Assembly: GCA_000165425.1 (NCBI GenBank)
Contig: CT868096.1
Location: 1-64,000 of the forward strand
Direction of reading: 5' to 3'
Length of the DNA stretch: 64,000 bases
DNA from: Paramecium tetraurelia
Lineage: Eukaryota
Each line of letters begins with the position of its first letter. Within the stretch, counting starts at the first letter, position 1. The notes below the pieces were generated by a model. It did not search any database. It saw only the letters and a list, made by a program, of their open reading frames with translations, and was not told the DNA's origin. A program made the translations under genes and the position numbers. Shown in pieces: positions 41,447 through 54,375 of this stretch.

Positions 41447-42387
41447 ATGTTGTTAAGAAGATCCATAATGCTTTTTAGTCCTTGTCTAAAATCAAATGCA
41501 AGATTTTTGATCTAAAGGCCAAGATATTATTTTGGAGATCAGAGAAAAGAAAATCCATTGAGTGATTTAGAATAAAAACCTCCCCTTACGAAGGATGAAG
41601 TCAAAGAAACTTTAAAGGGTTAAGAGCCTGAAGAAGAGGAAGACATTTCTAAGAGATCTAATGTGCTTCTATATTCATTTGGTGCCATAGGATTAATGTT
41701 GGGATATGTGTTTATGCAAATAACTCAAATGGGATATTAAAATAAATCTAAACCTGTAGAAATGACAGTCAAACACAAAGGGAAGGCATAAATGTATTTT
41801 AGTAATTCATTTCAAGAGGCGGACCATGGAAATTATTGACTACAGATGGAAGAGTTATGACAGATTAGGACTTAAAAGGATCATATTATATGATATATTT
41901 TGGATTTTGTAATTGCCCGGATATTTGTCCTGCATCACTTCTAAAACTCTCAAAGGCATTATAAAGGATTAGATAGTTACCAGAGGGAAAAGTATAAATC
42001 TAATTATTAAAATAGCTTTTTAATTTAAAAACTATATTTGTATCAGTTGACCCTGATAGAGATTCAGGAGAGAGAGTTGACAGATTCCTATCTCATTTTG
42101 ATAAGAGTATAATAGGATTAAGGGGAAGATCAAATGATGACCCTGAACTAAAAGAGGCAATGAGAAATTTTAAAATTTATGCATCGAAAATCAAATTCTA
42201 ATAAGAAGATGAAAAGACAAAATAGACTACAGATTAATATACAATTGATCATACAATCATAACTTACTTAATGGATAGTGAGAATAATTATGTGACACAT
42301 CTTGGATCAAATTTGGGGGAATTTGATTTGGCAAGAATAATTGTGGAAAAGATTCTAGAAAATGAGAGAGAAAAAATGTAAAATTGA
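41447..42387 (+). CDS. SCO1: SCO1/SenC cytochrome c oxidase copper chaperone
   Basis: Mitochondrial-type presequence MLLRRSIM, single [20 protein letters not shown] (CxxxC), [21 protein letters not shown]. Confidence 0.95.
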
Positions 42388-42549
42388 TATTAAATTTATC
42401 TAAGTATTAAGCATCAAAGAGTAAATATATTTGGTTTATTTTTTAATTTAATGACACCAATTTTATAAAAAATGAAATATTCAATAGTTTTTGATCAACA
42501 AATTTAATATAATTAATTTTATATTAATATCATTATTAATCCAACATTA

Positions 42550-43356
42550 TATTTATGTATAATTCAAAATAAGCTTTTAATCTGCTGTGGTTCTTTTTTA
42601 TGAAAGATTATTACTGATATCATTACCAAACAGAGACCAATTGTTATTAATTTTATGAATTCCTTTTATTTTTATTCTTGCTAATTAGAATACATCGTCT
42701 TTGTGATAAGTCTTGCTTCTTTTTTTTTCTAAGTGCTTTCAGTTCCTATTATTCCATTTTTATAGGTTTTATTATTAAGTTATTGCATATTTTTATTGAA
42801 ATCTAATTCTTTTTTATCATAATAACAACTACTGTTTTAATACTCTCGAGCTTGCTACTATTTTTCATTATTTTCCAACTTTCTTAACTAAATAGAACTT
42901 TCTCTTGTTCTGATTGTTTACATTGTGTATATTGATCTTTCAGCAATTATTGTATCACTTTTTAAGCTTAAAGATGTTGAAGACTTAAACATTAATAAAA
43001 AATTAAATTTCTTACAATATTGAGATCATAAATATTATTAGTGCAATTTGATATTTTTCTAATATTTTCTGATACTTCTAAGTTAATAACAATGTATTAT
43101 AAATATCAAAATAGGTGAGTATTTTCTATTAAATTATTTTAATTAAATAAATAGTTATCAGGTCAACTACTGATTATTTGCGATCTTAATTTTTGATAAA
43201 GTTTTTTACCTTTCAAAAAGTCCAATTCATTATTACACAATATTGGATTATGTTAGACTTTCATTTGATGGTTACTAAAAGACGATAAAAATTTTGAAGA
43301 TTAGGAGGAGCAATTCTTCTACCAATAATCTTTTTTTTTTAAATATTTGTAATCAT
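42550..43356 (-). pseudogene. Hypothetical gene or relic with frame breaks at A-runs
   Basis: Coding-like segments, but I could not build one frame without frameshifts in poly-A tracts. Confidence 0.3.
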
Positions 43357-43422
43357 TTATTATAAAAATGGATTTTAATTAATGTGATTCAATTATTTTT
43401 AATATTATTCTGTTAAAAAAAA

Positions 43423-44651
43423 ATGTCTGAAGAAGAATTAGTAAATAGGTTCATTGATAACATTTCAAATGAGCTTCACTATAAAAACCAAGAAGAAGTA
43501 GTCCAAAATGTGTATCAGTTGATTGATTTAACATGTAATAAATAGTTTACAATTGTAGAGATCCTGTTGGAAAAAATAAGAATACTAAACATTGAAAAAC
43601 ATGATCATTAATAAGAATTGGAGGCTTAGAATGATACTTTAAGAGCAGAAATAGCTTTCAACCTCTAACAGTAAATGTAAATGCAAGTATAGTACTCTAA
43701 TTATTTAGCGTATTTAAGATGAGTTATTGTAAAAATAGGATACCTTATATGAGAAACTACTAATCCTAGAAGAAGAATTGAAATAGTAATAAATTCTTAA
43801 TGCTATTTATAAAAACCAAGTATAAAATCCTTAACTTTTATGATAGTTAGAATCGAAGTAAAATAATGGGGAAAATCAAAATGTAGAGCAGTTTGTCTTC
43901 GAACTTAAGGAATTGTAGATTGAAAATGAGTATTAAAAGTAACAAATCTAATCTCTGAAATCAATAATTTCTGAAAATAAGTAGGATTATTAATCGTAAT
44001 TGATGTCAAATTCATCCCTTATTTAGCATTAAGAAGCCATTATAAAAAGTAGAATTCTATTTTTATGTTAGATATGAAGGACGAATTAAGTACTTAAAGA
44101 TAGCAAATTAGATAGTTAAAATCAGAAAATAAATAAATTAATGATCAAATATATGAGAAATAACAATCAGCATTAAAGGAGATAACTAATTCACCATTTC
44201 TTCAGAATGCACACTCAATTAATACCAAGTAGAAGACCATTGTGAATGAACAGAAGGATTCTAAGAAAAATTAGTTCTCATCTTAAAAAAGATATTTGTA
44301 GGCTGATGATTTATATGATGTGAATTAATTTACACTTCTAGAATGTGAGTTGCAAGATACCAACTATAATACAAGTCTAAATACATGTTGTAGAAATAGC
44401 TATAATTTTAAGAAAGTATAAATAAATGAATAGCCTACTCCAGTATAAAGAAACATCTATAAAGTAAATTCTATTTAAATTCAAATTAGGACTTTTTTAA
44501 TTTAACATCTTAATGTGTTAAATTGAATTTGAATGAAGAAAAAATACTAGATTCAAGAGTTTCCCATTTGTTTGATGAATATGTTGATTAAAAGATACCA
44601 TACCATTAATGGTACAATGAAATAAAGAAATACTTATTGACTTTAATATGA
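43423..44651 (+). CDS. Hypothetical coiled-coil protein
   Basis: ATG 43423, about 4 tiny introns; C-terminal DFFNLTSQCVKLN...IPYHQWY. Confidence 0.75.
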
Positions 44652-44725
44652 TATTACTAAAATTAACATAAATTCTTTAAAAAATGAATTATTTTCATAA
44701 TAATATTTTTAAATAATAGTATGAA

Positions 44726-45855
44726 TCAACTAATGACAATCTTTCCTAAATTCAAAACGTATTCATTTCCATATAATATTATCTCTTTTTTGAAACTACC
44801 TACACTAAATTAATATTATAATTGTCCGTATTTTAATGTTATTATTTCTATTTCAAAATCACCTTTGATATTATCAAATCATTACCAAAACGATTACTAC
44901 CTCCAGTGGCCACACACAATGAGTCTGTTTTTATACAAACTAATGTATTTGTAACTGGTTTAAATTCTTAATTTAATAAGGTCCCTATTATTTTCGTCAT
45001 TGGGCCAAAGTTTTGGAATTGGAAATTAGCAATCCCAACTCCTTTGAAATTGCCAAATTTGCAAAGTTGATTATTATCTAATTTATAACCAAAAAAGCAT
45101 TCTTAACATTTTTAATTATTTGGGACACATGATTTGCATCCTTTTAATCTGCAAGCTAAATACTCTTTTAATTTATTACATTTAGACGATTATAATTCTA
45201 TTTATTTCAATTATATTATTGAAGCTGGACCTTCTAGTTTGATTGGCAGAGATTGGATTGGTTCAAACTATTCGTTATTATCCAATACTGATAGAAGGGC
45301 ACTTTTTGGTAGTGATTTGATTCCGAAAATATGAAATTCAAATTGCCCTGTTGATGTTGTTATTGCATTAGTTTAGAGTTATTATTTCTCTTCTTCTATA
45401 ATTAATGAAAGATGAGTATCACTCAATTTCTCATTAAATGATCCCTTGATCACAAGAGCTCCATACCCTCCTTCATTCAGGATAACATTGGGTAATTAGA
45501 CTTTATCTTTGAGGACAACATTTAATTATGCAATTGGATTACTATACACATAGCCTAAACTAAGTTCTGTTATAGATATTGAAACACTGTATTGTTAATT
45601 TAGCTTCCCTTCTGCATAACTAAATGTGAAAATGCCTTCCTTATTAGATTCAATTGATTGCTTATTATTTTCAATCTTAATTTCTAATTTTGCAGGGATT
45701 CCTTATCCATATTGTGATACTACTTTGCCTGTAATGAGATTTTAATCCTTATGATATAATTTTAAGAATTTTGAGTTTATGTTATCATTTTGAATGCATA
45801 AAACCAGCAACAAAAGCAACGCAATTGAAGTCGTTAATATTTTTGTATAATTCAT
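44726..45855 (-). CDS. Secreted/anchored protein with beta-sandwich-like repeats and a furin-like Cys-rich module
   Basis: N-terminal hydrophobic segment; CRLKGCKSCVPNNQKCQECFFGYKLDNNQLC; repeated ITGKV / SNKEGIFTF / TTSTGQFEF strands. Confidence 0.75.
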
Positions 45856-45869
45856 ATGAATGAAAATTA

Positions 45870-46545
45870 ATGGAATCATTCGAAGTATGGGTATAATTTA
45901 TGTGAAATGATATTAATGATGATGATGATCACAGGACTATCCAACTTTGCTACTATGCCTGCTCTCTATATAGTTAAGAAATAGAATATCATATTCTAAT
46001 TTTACATAGGGATTTTCACACTTTTAACAAATTTCATGTACCAAACACTTGAGAGTCTCTATTATTCTTACTTTATCATAGAAGAAGGACGATGGCATAG
46101 ATTGGATAACATTGAATCTATCACTTGTTTTTTAATGATGTTTACGCAGCCTAGTGATTTTTAGAATCTTAAATTTGAAACAAATCTCAATTACTTTGGT
46201 TTTTAGTGTGTAAGATTTTCAGCCAAATCATATGAATTGTACAATAGGTCCGAATCTTCTTTAAGTTCTAATTTGCTTATTGGTCATTCTCAAAAGAAGG
46301 CGTTTACCAAAATTAATTAAAAAAAAAGTAATTAAAACAAAAGTAATCATAAACCGTAAATGATACTAGCTTCATAAGGGCTTTATTTTGAGTTTATTTG
46401 TTGTTTTATTTTCACATTATCTTAGGATGAACTCAAAGATAACCTCAGATTTTACCATGAATTTGGCATGTATGTGTATGAGTCTTCTCATTCTATATGT
46501 GGGCATCTAAGTGTGACTTAGAATTTACCTGGTCGAATTTTATGA
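45870..46545 (+). pseudogene. Degenerate TMEM8/PGAP6-like (CREST superfamily) multi-pass membrane gene
   Basis: TGLSNFATMPAL, FTLLTNFMYQTLES, EGRWHRLDNIES, DNLRFYHE resemble SN..P, SxxYH, WHxLD and HxxWH motifs but with His losses, an in-frame TGA (~46361) and frameshifts. Confidence 0.55.
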
Positions 46546-47248
46546 GATTCCATATTTAAAAGACACATATAATGAAATATTAATTGACGATAAAGTTTAC
46601 AAATTATAATTATTATTTTTGAAACATCCCCCATTTATTTATTAATTTGACACTTTAGAAGGTATAAATATTAATCTACGTCAATCTAAATAAAGAAATA
46701 GTATTATTGAAACAATATCCAAATGATATATGATTTTGAATAAGGTATTATAATTAATAATTCAATATGATATATGTAATTCATTTATTGAACATTTTGA
46801 TGTTGAATTTTCGATTGATAATTCATAAAGATAATCAGTAGTCTATGGTTATTTTAACATGTAAAATGATATTTCTTCAATTATTTATTACTGAATTAAA
46901 GAGAAAAAATACTGTTATTATTAGCAAGCAGAATCTAAGTAAATCCATTGAAAAGATATTTTCAAATTATGAACAGTTTGTTAATTAAAGTGTATTTATT
47001 ATTGATTGATAGGATAGAATTATACGATATTAGTTTATATATTTTTATACATTAAAAATACTTAATAATACTCAGAAATCATAAAATAATCTCAAAAAAA
47101 TTGAATAATTGAATAAATCCAAAGTGGAAATCTAAATTTAATCTGATTCATAAATTTTTTTGTTTCATAAAAATAAGAGGCTACAGCAAATATACGGCTT
47201 ATATAGTGAATTTAAGCTTAGTTGTTTGATATTTTTCCATTATATTAA

Positions 47249-47938
47249 ATGTAATTTGAGAAACTAAATCGAAAGCTTTACATCTTACCAAAGGTTGAGA
47301 GCTGCGTGAAATTAGATCTAGATTTCAGATTGAACACTCCTATGCATAGCATGGCTAACAAACATTATTAAGGATGCTATCCTAAAACGACTAGATCAGT
47401 TAAGTCAGATGAATTGATGAATACTCCTACTATGACAACCATCACAATTTCTTCAGGAAAAAGGATCAAATTATATGCTCCCATGCAAGAGAGCAAAAGA
47501 GCACAACGTTTAAAGAACGTCCCTTATGAATTGCAATATTTCTAAACCAAGTTGCCTACAAAGAACTTTAAATCTAGTCATTTGATGAGTGAAGATTTGC
47601 TGAATCAGCCAGGTGAGTAGATTGATAATCAATAGAAATGGCAAATGAGATCTCACATTAATAAGATGAATAAGGCTACTACATCTTACTAAATGAAAAG
47701 GGGGGAGAAGAATGTTGTGAAATAAACTCAATCCACATTCGATTTATCGTTTATTAAGTAACAAAATGAGGAGACAGTTGAAAATGAAAAATTAAAAGTA
47801 TGGTTATAATCTATATTTTTTAGAGATATCATTCATACAAAAGAGCAACGTAAAATCTAATCAGATAGTTTTCAAATAAACACAATGTAAAATAGTTATG
47901 TTGTGATCTCTAGGATAAACAAGAATGATTAAGATTGA
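47249..47938 (+). CDS. Hypothetical protein, 229 aa
   Basis: Continuous code-6 frame ATG 47249 to TGA 47938. Confidence 0.75.
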
Positions 47939-48305
47939 GGTTCAATTTTATGTTTATTTATCTCTTTAAATATATAATTCATCTTTTATTTTAAGTGAAT
48001 TATTTTTATTTAATTCGAAACTTCTGTTGCTCTTTTGAATAGGGCTTATTCAAATGGATCCAGCGTTTCTTCTATTGATGCATACAGAGATTTCATATTC
48101 ACTCAATAAATTCCACACATATTTTTGAGTTTAAAAGTTGAATAATTTTTTGATTGTGTTTTAATATTGTCTTTACTATTGTTCTAAATTTTCAATTCAA
48201 ATCGTATTATTGTTTGATAATTAATGTGAGTTTGAAAAATTAGATTTATGACATATAAAGAGAACTAATGAATAATTGTAAACTTTGATATTATTATATT
48301 TAATT

Positions 48306-50965
48306 ATGAAAAGCCTTTGTTGCTATTTTGCTGTCTCATTTACGATTTCAATAATGCAGTCTATTACTTATGTTGAGACAATATAAATAATCAGATTAGT
48401 CTGTTGTATACTGAATTTATTTGCATTAAAAATGAATAAATATGTTAGCTAAGGAATTTTAGTACACAAAGTAATACTGTTTTTATGTGGACTCTTATCT
48501 CAACAAAATGAAAGTATTTTATAGTTTGCTATGGATGATTATTTCAGTCAAATGATGTTAAAAACTAAGCATTTCATTACATTCTGGAGATTATTTAGCA
48601 GTTTGGGAGCTGTGTTATTAGCATATCTTAAGTATTAATCCTAAGATTCAACTTAACTTTCTCTGACTATTTTAATTCCCTTAATGTACTTGATCCCTCA
48701 ATTGCCATAAATTTATCGATAATACTGGTAGACAAGGGAGGAAGAACAATCTTATTCTTTGAGCCCAAAACAAACTACCAGGGATTATATGCAAATCCGT
48801 TCCAAATTTGAGGAAATTAACCTCATTGCAACAAACCTAGATTAAAATAACAAAATAGATATAGACTAATTAATTCGTAAAATAGCATATAGCCAAGATA
48901 AATAATTTGTCCTACAGGAGATCAAAATATTTAATGAATAAGTTTGGAGATTGCGGATGAATGCAATGCCAATTGGAATTTGCATTATTGGCAATTAAAT
49001 TAAACCAAAATTCATGAATAACACATTAACAAATTTGATAAAGAAAAATTGTATTGATGATAAGGGTTAAAGTCTTGAAGAAATCTATGAGTTATTTATG
49101 AAGACCCTGCAATTTAAAATGGTTGACTTTGCTGGATCATACGATTTACCGTAATCAGCAATCCTGAAACATGAGAAATATTAGCAAGTAAAAATGTAAT
49201 AAAATGAACAATTTTTTGAAGAAGAACATTATTGCCTATTTGATTTAATACGAAAATTAGAGGAAGAGCAATTTGATAGATATTTTAATAATTAGGATTA
49301 AATAATAGAATTAATTTCTACTTTTGAAAGTCCCGTTAATTAAAAGCAAATATTTTTTGTTTGCCATGTTCTATTCTAAGATAGACAGAATATCGATTAT
49401 ATGATAATTATTTAGGATTTCACAAAACAAAATGAATTATCAAAATTAGAAGAGCAAAATAAATTCAAGACCAAAGTTGTATAATCATTCTCCCATGAAC
49501 TCAGAACTCCTTTGAATAGTGCTACTATCTTTTTAAGATCTGCCATAGGGGATTCAAATTTGAATAAGGTTATAAAGGAACAATATTTGTAACCATGTTT
49601 GTCTGCCTTAAAATTGCAAAATCACTTAATTAATGATATCATTGACTTTAGTTAGATAAATGCAAAACTCTTAGATTTGAAATTCAGTTAGTTTGAGCTC
49701 TCTAAAATAATAAAAGAAATCTCTGAATAATTTAAATTTTAATTCGAATTTAAATTAATTGGACTGGCTTTTGAAATTACAAAACCTATGTCTCTATTAA
49801 CTCTCATCAAGACTGATTACCAAAGATTATTACAATTGCTCACAAACATAATTCAAAATGCGCTGACATTCTCTGAAAAAGGATATGTATTAGTGAGCAT
49901 TAACAGTTTTGAAAGAAACGAGATAAAGTTTTCTATAAAAGACGAAGGCATCGGTCTCACAAAGAAATAGCTATATTCGATAAGAGAAATCATAACCCAA
50001 GAATAATAGACAACAATTAAGACATAAGAGTGGTAAGGATTTGGTTTGATCATATGTTAAATGCTCCTAAGATACTTATCGCCTATAAATAGAAATAGCA
50101 TCTAAATCGACTCCAATGGTTAGGATTCTGGAACAACAGTTTCCTTTACGATATCCAATCACATTGCTGCTTAGACCTAGGAGCAGGTTTATAATTAAAG
50201 TTCCAAAAAGATCTTGCCTAGAATGAGAAGTATGCCACATTTGAGGGCAGAATATGGATTATTAATTTGTATCAAAGCAAAGTCTCCCAGTAAGATATTG
50301 TTATCAAAAACAACAGATCCAGAGGAATGCGATTTATCTAGTTCGTCAATCCGTGAGGTTGGGGACAAGGTAAGTCGTTATCATTTGAAGCATTGCTCAA
50401 TTGAGATTCTGAACAGCAGGAGTCCTTCATATCTGAGTCAACATAAAAATCTATCTGTTTCTTAAAGCAGAAAAGCAGGATCCTATTAGTTATCAGCCAA
50501 TGAAACTGGTTTAAGTAATGTGTAATAGGGGTTGTCATGTTGCAATACGATTTTAAGTGTAGATGACGAAGTGTTCAATCAAAAGTCACTGCAATTGTTG
50601 CTCAGATAACAAGGTTTCAATGTTGACATTGTACAAATATTATAATGTTAAGTTAGGTATTTAATGGGAGACAAGCTATTGAAAAGGTCATACATCCTTC
50701 GAAATGTTGTCCGACATGCAGCGGCTATCGGTTTATTTTAATGGATTGTCAGATGCCTATTTTGGATGGTTGGATGACCACCAAAAGATTGAGACTTATG
50801 ATGTAAAATGAACAAATCCCTACCATCCCAATCATCGGATTGACTGCTTTTACGAGCAACGAGGATGTTGAGAAGTGCAAGGAGGCTGGAATGCTGAACA
50901 TTTTACATAAGCCATTGGATCTCTCAAAATTTCAATAAATATTAGCTGAACTTCATATTATATGA
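48306..50965 (+). CDS. Membrane hybrid histidine kinase (TM region, PAS-like, HisKA, HATPase, receiver)
   Basis: H-box SFSHELRTPLN; N-box QRLLQLLTNIIQNALTF; G1 IKDEGIGL; G2-like WQGFGL; receiver ILSVDDE, ILMDCQMPILDG, IIGLTA, KP; one 26-nt intron. Confidence 0.95.
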
Positions 50966-50983
50966 TTTATATAAATATTAATA

Positions 50984-51555
50984 ATGATTACAGGCAATCT
51001 GTTCAGAAAGGTTTATCCTTTGAAATTTGGATTCTCCACTTCCTATGCTGAATTAATAGCTTCTAATAAGGCTAATAGAGTGTAAGATGTGGGAAGTTTG
51101 AAAGAGTTGTTAGATTCAATTTATTAAACTAAACCATATTTACATTGCATTATCTTCAACTAAGTTGGACACCCATAGTATAGATTTTATTAAACTAGCT
51201 ATTCAAAAGTGAACGAAATGTACAATGAAATTTCTAATTAATTCGTTGGTTTTAAATTCTATAGGATTAATGTCGACAATCTAGATAAGACAGCCCAATT
51301 CTTTGGAGTCAAAGTACACATTTACCAGCTATTGATTAGAATCCTCCAACTTCACTAATATATGGTCTAGGCTCCCCATTAGCCAAGCATGTGGGCCTGG
51401 GAGTGAAAAATCTCTAAATCAAACTAGAGACATCATAAGCGTTAACCCATAACACTGATTTCATTCCAGGCACTGAGTAATGGGAAGGTCCATAAGATTT
51501 GTGGAGGGCAAATTATCAAGATGAGTAAGAGCCATTCGATTATTTTGCCCGTTGA
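50984..51555 (+). CDS. Thioredoxin-fold protein without CxxC, probable mitochondrial presequence
   Basis: MITGNLFRKVYPLKFGFST; YNEISNQFVGFKFYRINVD..AQFFGVKNPPTSLIY matches the Trx C-terminal half; one intron. Confidence 0.7.
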
Positions 51556-51692
51556 TTTCATTAGATCATGCATACAACAACATATAACACCTTTTATTAT
51601 TTTTCGAATATAATGAGAAATCCAAATATATAACTAGCCCTTTGTATTGGGACAACAATATATCAATGAAAACCGCTGAGAATTTTCATCAA

Positions 51693-51763
51693 GCACTGTT
51701 AGTATAAGGGTAGTATACAAGGTTGCCATCCTTGTGACACGAGTTCGAGTCTCGTACAGTGCA
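51693..51763 (+). tRNA. tRNA-Gly(GCC)
   Basis: Acceptor GCACTGT/ACAGTGC-A; anticodon stem CAAGG/CCTTG with loop TTGCCAT; T-arm ACGAG-TTCGAGT-CTCGT; 71 nt. Confidence 0.96.
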
Positions 51764-51764
51764 A

Positions 51765-51771
51765 TTTTTTT
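51765..51771 (+). terminator. Pol III oligo-T terminator of tRNA-Gly
   Basis: T-run immediately after the discriminator base. Confidence 0.7.
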
Positions 51772-51805
51772 ATTTTTAATTAATATATATTTATAATATA
51801 ATTTC

Positions 51806-52764
51806 TCACTTTGGTTTTGTTGCTACTAATAAAATGCACTCCAGAAACAAAGGTTAATACTTCAGCTTCTCTTCATTTAGAATCTCTGAAACAATGTTCT
51901 CAAATTATTAAACTTTCTCGAGAGGAGCATTTTTCAATAGTTCCAATACTTCTGGATTTGAAAATTTGGCTAGATCTTCTAAACCAAAGTTGTCAAATGG
52001 ACCTTATTAAGTCCAACAATCTGATTCAATCAAATACTGTTACATATGTTTGTGAATCCTTGTAATTGGGCCATTTCGATGACTGGTTGAGTGCTTTCCA
52101 AAAATTTGGAAGGACCTTGGGGTTATTCAAGGATTCCACTTCTAATCAAGGCTTCTTAATAGATGGTCAATGCTTTGCTGTTATTTTTGGATCCCCAAAC
52201 AGTAATACCGAGTCTGCCTCCAGGCCTAAGTATACGATATGCTTCAGCCATGGCTTATTGGGGATTTGGGATAAGATGGAAAACTAAATTGGAGAGGTAT
52301 GTTTCAAATGTGTTATCTTAGAATTAAATTAGTTCTTGGATATTGGCCTGTTATACGGAATAGTTAATTTAATTAAAGATTTCGGAATCTTCTTTAAAAA
52401 ATAATATTACTTAAATTGACATTATCTATTTCTTCTTAGGTAAGTTGGTCGATACCGCCCTTTTACTGTTGTGTGAGGTACTTGTACATCCTGGCAGCTG
52501 TAATTTTGACCATTTGATTGGAGAAATCAAAAGCAACAAATCTAGCATATGGGTTCTTTTTCTCCACTATATATTGATGGAGATGTCCCCCTCCACATCC
52601 AGCATCAATAATACTTGATAGATTGGGATGTATATTTACGAATCTGAATCTTCAATACGCAGCATATTTAAAAGGGTGAAACAAAAGACGGATGGGTTCT
52701 TTTAGGCTGCTGTGTATTTGTGACTAAAGGAGTCCCAAAGTTTCTGAAGATACTCAATGTTCAT
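51806..52764 (-). CDS. Class I SAM-dependent methyltransferase (Methyltransf_11/UbiE-like)
   Basis: IIDAGCGGG motif I, FDFSNQM, FQDNTFETYLSNLVFHLIPNP, EAYRILRPGGRLGITVWG; tiny introns. Confidence 0.92.
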
Positions 52765-52943
52765 TATTTAAATTAATAATTGTGGAGAGTACACTAATAA
52801 AATAAAAATAACAATTTTAAGGGAATTGTAATTAGGATATTGTAAATGATTGCAAAATAAGAAAAACACTAAAATAATTGCATTTCAGTTATTTTAGAAT
52901 GAGTTTGAAAAATATCGTTTTTGTTTGCGTGATTAATTAATAA

Positions 52944-54297
52944 ATGAAATTGGTATTAGGTTTGATCGCCCTAGTGGCATTGGGCAGTTGTGCTTCTTTC
53001 TTGGAAGAACAACAACCAATGGAAAATAAAATATATAAGATCAAGTTGGACAGAACAGAATCGTAAGCCAGAAAATCGTTATTCGATTTTGTGACAACCA
53101 GTTAACAATACAGAAAGAGTCCCGATGTGTTGGGCGAAGCAGATTTGGAAATGACCTAAACTAAATAGAAGGAATCAATCAAATTGTACAACTTTAAGAA
53201 TACCCAATATACAGGAGAGATTGGATTAGGTGGTTAAGATAATAAATTCAAAGTATTATTACATAACAACGTAGGTTATCTTTGACACAGGATCCGCTAA
53301 CATTTGGTTGAATTCAGCTAGATGCAACGACTACGGATGCAAGAATCACAAGTAATACGACGGTTCAAAGAGTCCCACCTATGAACACTTAGGTTACGAT
53401 TTGGACGTCGAATTCGGAACTGGAGAATTGATGGGAGAAGTACTTATTATTTGCATAATAAATATAGATTAATGCTGACACTGCCTATGTCGGAGGAGTC
53501 TCTATAGCCAAATAGGAATTTGCAGAGATTGTCAGAGAAAATGGTGATGTTTTCGCATAAGCAGGTTTTGATGGCATTGTTGGATTAGCATATCCAGAAA
53601 TGGCCGCTTACAATTTCAACCCATTATTTGATAATATCATCAAATAGAAATTGTTGGACAGAAATGTGTTTTCTTTCTACTTTTCGAGATAAGAAGGTTC
53701 TAGATCATCCGAATTAACCTTGGGTGGTTGGGACACTGATCATTTCACTGGTGATTTACATTTCCATAATGTGGCCAACAAATATTATTGGTTATTGGAT
53801 GCAGACAACATTTTGGTCAATGGAAAAGACATGGGACTTTGCAAACATGGATGCAAAGTAGTTGCAGATACTGGTACTTCATTATTAACTGGTCCATCAG
53901 ACGATTTATATGATTTACTAGGTATTGATCCAATCTAAAATTATAGACACCTTGAATATTGATGAAAATTGCAGCAACATCAAAGAATTGCCAAAATTAA
54001 CATTCGTTTTGGATGGCGTCAATTATGATTTGGATGCCAATGATTATGTTATGAAAATCGATTCAGAGGGAAATGAAGTAGACAATTAAAATAATTTAGG
54101 TTGCTTATGATACTTTCGCAAGTACTGATAGTTTTGTAGAAATGGGAGCAAATTGCTAATGTGTTGGTTCATTCATGCCTTTAGACATCCCAACACCTTA
54201 AGGGCCAGCTTGGATTTTGGGTGATACTTTCCTTAGCAAATTTTATTCCGTTTACGACAGAGACAACGATAGAGTTGGTTTTGCCAGAGCAAAATGA
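52944..54297 (+). CDS. Pepsin/cathepsin D-like aspartic protease (A1)
   Basis: Signal peptide, [49 protein letters not shown]; four tiny introns. Confidence 0.97.
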
Positions 54298-54375
54298 TTC
54301 ATATTATTATCACACATAATATACACCTTAAGAATAATTATTGTAACATTTGAATAATTCCTTATTATAATATCA

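Noticed and set aside
48306..50965. Histidine kinase as bacterial contamination or recent HGT
   Set aside because: Uses TAA/TAG as Gln and has a tiny intron; hybrid histidine kinases are a native ciliate family.
51811..52287. Track ORFs on the plus strand (also 23787, 33219, 54591, 58479 and others)
   Set aside because: Antisense shadows of real genes on the opposite strand.
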